From an uncultured Pseudomonadales bacterium (GTDB taxonomy: Bacteria; Patescibacteriota; Microgenomatia; UBA1400; UBA1396): a stretch of 53,085 bases of DNA. The translations under genes and the position numbers were made by a program. Each line of letters opens with the position of its first letter. The first letter of the stretch is position 1. The stretch is taken from positions 93,401 to 146,485 of the forward strand of contig CAZEEI010000004.1 of assembly GCA_964511175.1 (NCBI GenBank). Reading direction: 5' to 3'. Under the pieces are notes generated by a model. It was not told the DNA's origin and ran no database searches. It saw nothing but the letters and a program-made list of their open reading frames with translations. Shown in pieces: positions 29,374 through 35,002 of the stretch.

Positions 29374-30006
29374 TTACTTAATTTCCACATACCGGTACAA
29401 AGCGGCGGGGCGATGCGAGACATTCTTCTGAATCCTAGCTACTTTTTTCACCACTCCGGAATCTAAAATCTTCTTACGGAAATTCCGATTATCCATCTTC
29501 TCTTGCTTAATTACTTCATATACCATCTGCAGGTTATTCAAAGTAAAGTAACGCGGCAAAAATTGCTTAGCAAACTGGTGATCTAAATTTTGCTGTAGAT
29601 AGACAAAAGCCAGATCGATAATTTCTTGGTGATCGAATGCTAATTTTGGCAACTGCCCGATTTCCTGAAAATTGGCGACGTTGGTCACTTTATCTTCCGG
29701 AAGCAAGGCAATGAAAGCGATTGATACTGTTCTCATCCGCGGATCGCGTCGGGGATTAGTGAAGGTATAAAACTGCTCAAAAAAGACATCGCTCATGCCG
29801 GTTACATCCCGCAGTTTCCTGGACAATGTCTCTTCCGCCGTTTCTTGCGCCAGCAATAAACCGCCGGGAAGTTCGGCCAAACCCTGGTAGGGCTCTTTTT
29901 CTCTCGTGTTTAAGTAAACCAATAATTTTCGGTCTTTGATGGTAAAAATGACGGCGTCCACGGCAATTCGTCCTTTTTCGTAATTAGGCTGGTGAGAATT
30001 TGGCAT
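29374..30006 (-). CDS. NrtR-like Nudix-related transcriptional regulator (degenerate Nudix domain plus C-terminal winged helix)
   Basis: The Nudix box is degenerate (GGLLLAQETAEETLSRKLRDVTGM: RE becomes RK, EE becomes DV). The C-terminus FTLNNLQMVYEVIKQEKMDNRNFRKKILDSG..SHRPAALYRY matches the NrtR wHTH signature (FTL..LQ..YE.I....D.RNFR.K...HRPA.LY). Confidence 0.75.
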   Translation of the reverse strand: MPNSHQPNYEKGRIAVDAVIFTIKDRKLLVYLNTREKEPYQGLAELPGGLLLAQETAEETLSRKLRDVTGMSDVFFEQFYTFTNPRRDPRMRTVSIAFIALLPEDKVTNVANFQEIGQLPKLAFDHQEIIDLAFVYLQQNLDHQFAKQFLPRYFTLNNLQMVYEVIKQEKMDNRNFRKKILDSGVVKKVARIQKNVSHRPAALYRYVEIK

Positions 30007-30014
30007 ATCCCGTT

Positions 30015-30023
30015 ATTGTAGCA
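30015..30023 (-). promoter_or_regulatory. Extended -10 element (TGcTACAAT) 8 nt upstream of the NrtR-like ATG
   Basis: Minus strand TGCTACAAT-aacgggat-ATG. There is no room for a Shine-Dalgarno sequence, which implies a leaderless or near-leaderless mRNA. Confidence 0.45.
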
Positions 30024-30046
30024 CACTTAACGTATAAAACACGCTA

Positions 30047-30074
30047 TTGACAAGCGGGGTGACATTGGTACGAT
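30047..30074 (+). promoter_or_regulatory. Sigma-70 promoter for the divergent gene at 30120
   Basis: TTGACA (30047-30052), 16-nt spacer, TACGAT (30069-30074). SD AAAGGTGG precedes ATG 30120. Confidence 0.5.
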
Positions 30075-30119
30075 TACCTTGCTTAACGTAATAAATAAGC
30101 TAAGTAAGAAAGGTGGTTT

Positions 30120-30449
30120 ATGTCAGCAGAAAGGGTGCAACCGATCAGCCCCAAGGAAGTAATCGATAAAAAGCTTAGTAGTATTCCCAGCGAAGCCATC
30201 GAAGCATTCAATGAGCTTATTGCGCAAAATACCGGCCGCGCCAATATTGTAGTTAAACAAGAAGAGGTAGTAGCCCTGATGGTGAAAAAAGGTTTGCACC
30301 GGGAACAAATCTTTAAAAATGGCTGGCTGGATATCGAAGATATTTACCGCAAGGCGGGCTGGCGGGTGGAGTATGATAAGCCTGGTTATAATGAAGATTA
30401 CGAGCCGACTTTCACTTTCCGGCCGGCCAAAGGCCAAACATTAAGATAG
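30120..30449 (+). CDS. Hypothetical protein (109 aa), divergent from the NrtR-like gene
   Basis: Has its own promoter and SD. An almost fully overlapping antisense ORF (30123-30437) lacks both. Confidence 0.6.
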   Translation: MSAERVQPISPKEVIDKKLSSIPSEAIEAFNELIAQNTGRANIVVKQEEVVALMVKKGLHREQIFKNGWLDIEDIYRKAGWRVEYDKPGYNEDYEPTFTFRPAKGQTLR

Positions 30450-30511
30450 TAGGGTTTCACATCTTAAATGATACAATATGGCGAAAGATTAAAGACGCAA
30501 GGAGTCTATAC

Positions 30512-30682
30512 ATGACCGAACAAGACGAACATTCCGCAGCAGCAACTGCCGCTCATTTAGAACAATTAGATTATCAACAAAGAGCTGATATCCTCAATCC
30601 TTTTCTGTTTACTGTACTTGAACTGGAGAGAATAATTGCTAGCTGTACGAATAACCTAGACAGAGTTTTTTTTTCAACATAA
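30512..30682 (+). CDS. Candidate small protein (56 aa), below the ORF-track length cutoff
   Basis: ATG 30512 is preceded by AAGGAG (30499-30504) at 7-nt spacing. Translation is MTEQDEHSAAATAAHLEQLDYQQRADILNPFLFTVLELERIIASCTNNLDRVFFST. Confidence 0.35.
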   Translation: MTEQDEHSAAATAAHLEQLDYQQRADILNPFLFTVLELERIIASCTNNLDRVFFST

Positions 30683-30783
30683 ACTTGACGAGGCAAAAAG
30701 AAATGGTGGAATTACGGGCGTAGGCCGCTTGACTAGTAATTAGGGTGGCTGGGTAAGCACATATGCTAGAGAAGAGTGCATAA

Positions 30784-31383
30784 ATGGTCGCTCGTCCAAC
30801 CTACAAAAACCAACTTTTTCCTCCTGAGGCCTTAGCTGGTGAAAATTACTCAGAAGCTACCTTTACCAACTGCCGCTTTACCGGCACTAGTTTAAAACTT
30901 ACTTCCTTTAAAAAGTGCCGTTTCAAAAATTGCGATTTCACCGGCGTCTGGTTAGAAATGACCGGTTTTTACGATTGCCACTTTTCCGAATGCAAGTTAA
31001 GCAACCTTGATTTTGCAGAAGTGGAGTTTAAAACCGGCACGTTCGAAAAATGTTTAATTAAAAACTCGATCTTTCAAACTTTTAAAGCCGGTGATAAAAA
31101 TGTTCGCGCTAAGTGCAACTTAAAACAAAGTCGATTTGCCGAATGTGATCTCACTGATTCAATATTCGTATCGTGTGATTTGACCGACACCAACTTTGCA
31201 AAAACAATGTTACTAAGAGTCCAGTTTGAGAGATGTCGGCTGGTTCGTACTAATTTTGTTGGCGCTGATCTCCAGCAGGCTAACTTTAACGAATCAACTA
31301 TTAATCAAGCCGTCTTAGACTTGGCCGGTTTTATTGCCTTCGGCCTATCCAAGGGTTTTATCCTGAGCGAGAGCAACTTTTAA
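30784..31383 (+). CDS. Pentapeptide repeat protein
   Basis: Continuous A(D/N)LXX-type pentapeptide periodicity (..CRFTGTSLKLTSFKKCRFKNCDFTGVWLEMTGFYDCHFSECKLSNLDF..). Confidence 0.85.
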   Translation: MVARPTYKNQLFPPEALAGENYSEATFTNCRFTGTSLKLTSFKKCRFKNCDFTGVWLEMTGFYDCHFSECKLSNLDFAEVEFKTGTFEKCLIKNSIFQTFKAGDKNVRAKCNLKQSRFAECDLTDSIFVSCDLTDTNFAKTMLLRVQFERCRLVRTNFVGADLQQANFNESTINQAVLDLAGFIAFGLSKGFILSESNF

Positions 31384-32301
31384 AGTGTGTTCCACCGCTT
31401 CCTGTACCGCTGGCCAATCTTTTTTAAACGCGTTATAAGCAATCCATCCCAAACCGATGTGAAGTTGGTAGCAAAACAGTCTGGCTGACAAATTGGCAGT
31501 ATTAGCCGCTGTAGTAACAAAATGAGCAATTATTTTTTGACAAAGTTGAACCTCGGCGAATTGAGGATACCAGGGTGCATAAAAAACAAACCAGGCAACA
31601 TCATACAAAGAGTCCCCATATAGGGAACACTGCCAATCAAGTACCGCACTTATTTTGGCATCCGCAACCAATAAATTGTAGTTGAGTAAGTCCGAATGAA
31701 TTAGCTCCCTTATTTCCGGACACTGATCTACTAAAGATGCTAGTTGGGCGTAGAGTTGGTCAAAAACTTTTGTCCCTAACGGGGAACTTAATAAGTTGGC
31801 ATACCAACCATGGGTGATACTTTCACTACGGTCATTTTTGACATCCAGAAGATACTCTCGCCAACTTTGACTACTTCCCATGCCATTTTTACCCCAACTA
31901 CCATAACCGGTCGATTCGGTTAGATCGATATTTCTGAGAGTGTCAAATAGTCTCAATAGAGCCGGTAGCGTTTTCGCCAATTCAACCGAATCAAGAGTGT
32001 CAATGAACTTGCCACTAGCAAACTCAGAGATTGCAAAGTATTGGTCAAGTTTTTTGCCGATATCGATAATTTTAGGAACCGGCATAATTTTAGAGTTAAA
32101 TGTAGCGGCAAAGGCATCCTTGGCAAAAGCTTCATCCGAGTTACCCCAGCGCAGGACATACTTTTGACGATCATAAACAAAAGAGTAGGCTTGTGACCAT
32201 TCACCACCGCTCAGCAAAGTGAGTTCGGAAACTTCTGAACCGAACTTCGCCTGAAGAAAATGGATAGTATTGGTGATCGAAATCTGGGGTTTTTGGGACA
32301 T
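31345..32301 (-). CDS. Aminoglycoside/choline-kinase-type phosphotransferase (APH family)
   Basis: Catalytic loop IHSDLLNYNLLV (HxDxxxxN) and VLDWQCSLYGDSLYDVA (DW..GD..YD). Confidence 0.8.
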   Translation of the reverse strand: MSQKPQISITNTIHFLQAKFGSEVSELTLLSGGEWSQAYSFVYDRQKYVLRWGNSDEAFAKDAFAATFNSKIMPVPKIIDIGKKLDQYFAISEFASGKFIDTLDSVELAKTLPALLRLFDTLRNIDLTESTGYGSWGKNGMGSSQSWREYLLDVKNDRSESITHGWYANLLSSPLGTKVFDQLYAQLASLVDQCPEIRELIHSDLLNYNLLVADAKISAVLDWQCSLYGDSLYDVAWFVFYAPWYPQFAEVQLCQKIIAHFVTTAANTANLSARLFCYQLHIGLGWIAYNAFKKDWPAVQEAVEHTLKVALAQDKTLG

Positions 32302-32387
32302 AAAAGGATTCTAATTCACTCTTTTAATTCCTACCACCTCCCAATTTTAGCATTCGCTTGCCTTGACCATGTTAAAATCATCCCAAT

Positions 32388-32798
32388 ATGTCTACTTCTG
32401 CCACCCCCGAAGTTCGCTACATTATTATTGAAGACTCGGCCAGTTCGCGCCGATTACTAGAGATAGTTATGGCGCAATTTGGCTGGGTCTTGGTATCTGT
32501 GGCGACAACTTTCGCTGAAGCGCGGAAATTAGTTGATCAAGTTGGCGGTAAAAATATTCATGCCGCTTTTGTTGATGGTAATTTGAGTCCAGAAGCAGCG
32601 TCTGCTGAGGAAGGGATGCTCATCAACGAGGCATTGAAACAAAAGGCGCCACACATCACCCGTATTGCTTTTTCAACGCAAGACGATCTTCCCCTTGGCC
32701 ATGACCTGCCTTTTGGTAAAAAGCCGATCAGTAATTGGGATAAGTCAGTTATGGCCAAGCTGGATCAGCAAGTGCGTTGTATCCATCACTTATCCTAA
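32388..32798 (+). CDS. Receiver-domain (CheY-like) protein, stand-alone
   Basis: IIIEDS acidic pocket, AAFVDGNL candidate phospho-acceptor, RIAFST, GKKP (Lys-Pro). Confidence 0.55.
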   Translation: MSTSATPEVRYIIIEDSASSRRLLEIVMAQFGWVLVSVATTFAEARKLVDQVGGKNIHAAFVDGNLSPEAASAEEGMLINEALKQKAPHITRIAFSTQDDLPLGHDLPFGKKPISNWDKSVMAKLDQQVRCIHHLS

Positions 32799-32818
32799 AG
32801 TAGCTGTAGAATACACCC

Positions 32819-33802
32819 GTGGCTCACCAAAACTATTTTGTCTTCCAAGCTGACTCTAATTACGACCTAGGCTACCGCATGGGCATTGAGTTTGCCCAAG
32901 AAGCTCAGAGCTCTCTCCAACACGCTAAAACCAAAAATTGGACATCCCGATACGCTACTAGCCAAAAGATTTTAGCAATTACCCAATTACATTTCCCGCA
33001 ATATATCGAAGAAATGCAGGGTTATGCGGCCGGGGCAAAAGTTGATTTTTACGATTTGTGGGTATTGAGTATTGAGTCCGATGCCGAAATAAATCGCGCT
33101 AGTGCTAAATGTACTAACGTAATCACTAACAGTGGCAAGCTCATCGGCCATAATGAAGATGCTTTGGAACCAGGAATGGCCGATACGGTTTGTGTGGTTA
33201 AGAAAACGATCAAGGACCTAACCACCTTAGAAATTTGTTACTACAACACGCTGGGAGGGAACTCGGTTGGCATCAGCTCTTACGGTTATATACACGCCTT
33301 AAACACTCTATTATTCACTGATAACCAGATTGGTATCCCGAAAAACGTTATCGCTCGTTATCTATTGGACAGCCAAAATCCAGATGAAGCAATCCGTACC
33401 ATTCTCGCTTTACCCAGGGCTTCTGGTTACAACCACAACATTGTGAGTCGAAATGGCCAGATTTGGAATTTGGAACTCACCGCTAACGATGGAATCGTGA
33501 CGCATCCTCAACTGCCTTTTGTCCACACCAATCACTGCCTTAATCTGCCGTCAGACTTTAACGACGACCACGGCACTATTAGTCGGTTGGAGTTTGCGCG
33601 CCAGCATGTTCAGGACCGTATGAGCGTGGATCAACTCCAGCAGTTACAAGAAGATGTCTCCCAAGGGCCGAACAATAGTGTGTTTAACGAAAGAACCATT
33701 GGCAAAATAATAGTCGATTTCACAGCGATGACCGCCTACATTTGGCTGCTAAGGGAAAAGCAGCTAGGCTGGGTAAGCTATCCGCTGGATTTTATTGTTT
33801 AA
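32819..33802 (+). CDS. Peptidase C45 family acyltransferase/hydrolase (Ntn-type)
   Basis: ..SAKCTNVITNSGKLIGHNEDA.. (nucleophile Cys context and N.D motif) and ..GYNHNI.., at a length typical of the family. GTG start. Confidence 0.6.
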   Translation: MAHQNYFVFQADSNYDLGYRMGIEFAQEAQSSLQHAKTKNWTSRYATSQKILAITQLHFPQYIEEMQGYAAGAKVDFYDLWVLSIESDAEINRASAKCTNVITNSGKLIGHNEDALEPGMADTVCVVKKTIKDLTTLEICYYNTLGGNSVGISSYGYIHALNTLLFTDNQIGIPKNVIARYLLDSQNPDEAIRTILALPRASGYNHNIVSRNGQIWNLELTANDGIVTHPQLPFVHTNHCLNLPSDFNDDHGTISRLEFARQHVQDRMSVDQLQQLQEDVSQGPNNSVFNERTIGKIIVDFTAMTAYIWLLREKQLGWVSYPLDFIV

Positions 33803-34226
33803 TTAACTTTTTCGCAAAATAGAATAACGCATTTCCTTCTGGAAAATCACTCAGCTTACCATACGGTTGGTATCCCAATTTGGCGTAAAAACCCGGCGCT
33901 TGCCAGGTAAAAGTATCGGTATAAGCAATGGTACAGCCTCTCTTAATGGCTTCTGCTTCTACTTTAGCCATCAACTTTTGCCCCCAACCTTGTTGACGGA
34001 TCGACTCATCAACCCACAGCGAATCGATGTGCATACCATTCCAGAGAAAAGAAACAATCACTCCACCCAAAACTTTATCGTTCTGGTCTTTAAGAAAAAT
34101 CGAAAATACTTCGGTATGACGCGGATGTCCTTGATTGGCGTGGTAAGCCAACAGACCCTTAACCAGTGTCTCCTTATCTTGGGGATTGGGTTCGCCGGTC
34201 GTTTCTTCTAAGTGCAGATCAGTCAT
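33792..34226 (-). CDS. GNAT family N-acetyltransferase
   Basis: Acetyl-CoA motif A VDESIRQQGWGQKLMAKVEAEA and C-terminal FYAKLGY. Confidence 0.85.
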   Translation of the reverse strand: MTDLHLEETTGEPNPQDKETLVKGLLAYHANQGHPRHTEVFSIFLKDQNDKVLGGVIVSFLWNGMHIDSLWVDESIRQQGWGQKLMAKVEAEAIKRGCTIAYTDTFTWQAPGFYAKLGYQPYGKLSDFPEGNALFYFAKKLIKQ

Positions 34227-34242
34227 AAAGTAAAGCGCGCAC

Positions 34243-34485
34243 CTACCTTAGTTCATACACATCTTGATCATTGCCAAATCTAAGAATACGACCATCAGGC
34301 AACATGGCTTCGTGCCTATCAAGCTCCGGATCAACAACTGGGACCTGAACGGTTCCTACCTCCAAACCATAACGCCTCATTTCATCTTGGTTTAAAGTCA
34401 GATAAATAAAACTCATGTCTGTTAAGTCGGCTTGTTCTTCGCGTGATACCTCGCTTTGTTCAAATAATTCTATAAGTGACGGCAC
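34243..34485 (-). CDS. Hypothetical protein (80 aa)
   Basis: ORF 16 nt upstream of the GNAT gene on the same strand. No family recognised. Confidence 0.4.
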   Translation of the reverse strand: MPSLIELFEQSEVSREEQADLTDMSFIYLTLNQDEMRRYGLEVGTVQVPVVDPELDRHEAMLPDGRILRFGNDQDVYELR

Positions 34486-35002
34486 AACTTGCTCCTCTTA
34501 ACTGCTTTTAAACCGCATTCTAGCATAGCTGTAATGATCGAAATAGTTAAATCCCGTGTTACAATCCCCAGCGATATACGATTTATGACTTCGTCCGAAA
34601 CACCAACCTCTAATTCTCAACCAGAGCTACCGGATGAGCTTTTCTGGCGCAGAATATTTATCATGAAAGCCTTAGCGCGACATCTGGGCTGGCCTGGTCG
34701 GTGGGCACTGATTAAGAAGGAACGAGCCGAAAAAGCGCAACCAACCAAAAAGTTGCGTTAAGTTGGCCACTGATTGTATTATTAAGAAAGATGGTTCCCA
34801 ACCCCAACCCACCGCCTACCTTTATACCACCGGTTGCCAAATCAACACCGACCAACCATTCTGTGCTTCCTGACGATCCTAAGAAAAAACCGCCCCATCA
34901 GCAGATTATTACCTTTATTACCCGCTTTTGGCGGGGGAGAACGGTAAGATAACCATCAGCATTCGACTAGTCGGCATTTTCAAATCAGGTTAAGATAGGT
35001 TT

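Noticed and set aside
30123-30437. 104-aa ORF almost perfectly antisense to the 109-aa gene.
   Set aside because: It has no promoter or SD, whereas the plus-strand gene has both (TTGACA-16-TACGAT and AAAGGTGG). Mirror ORFs of this kind arise by chance in stop-poor frames.
24135-34500. Calling the post-tRNA block an intact integrative element or prophage.
   Set aside because: No integrase, recombinase, phage structural gene or transposase is present. No direct repeat of the tRNA 3' end was found by eye. I report it only as a compositionally distinct accessory block.
34489-34952. Small ORFs in the 0.5-kb gap before the M23 gene: 90 aa (or 58 aa from ATG 34585), and a 53-aa Pro-rich ORF at 34791-34952.
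   Set aside because: There is no convincing SD and the translations are low-complexity or basic with no recognisable family. They may be real, but I cannot support them from sequence alone.
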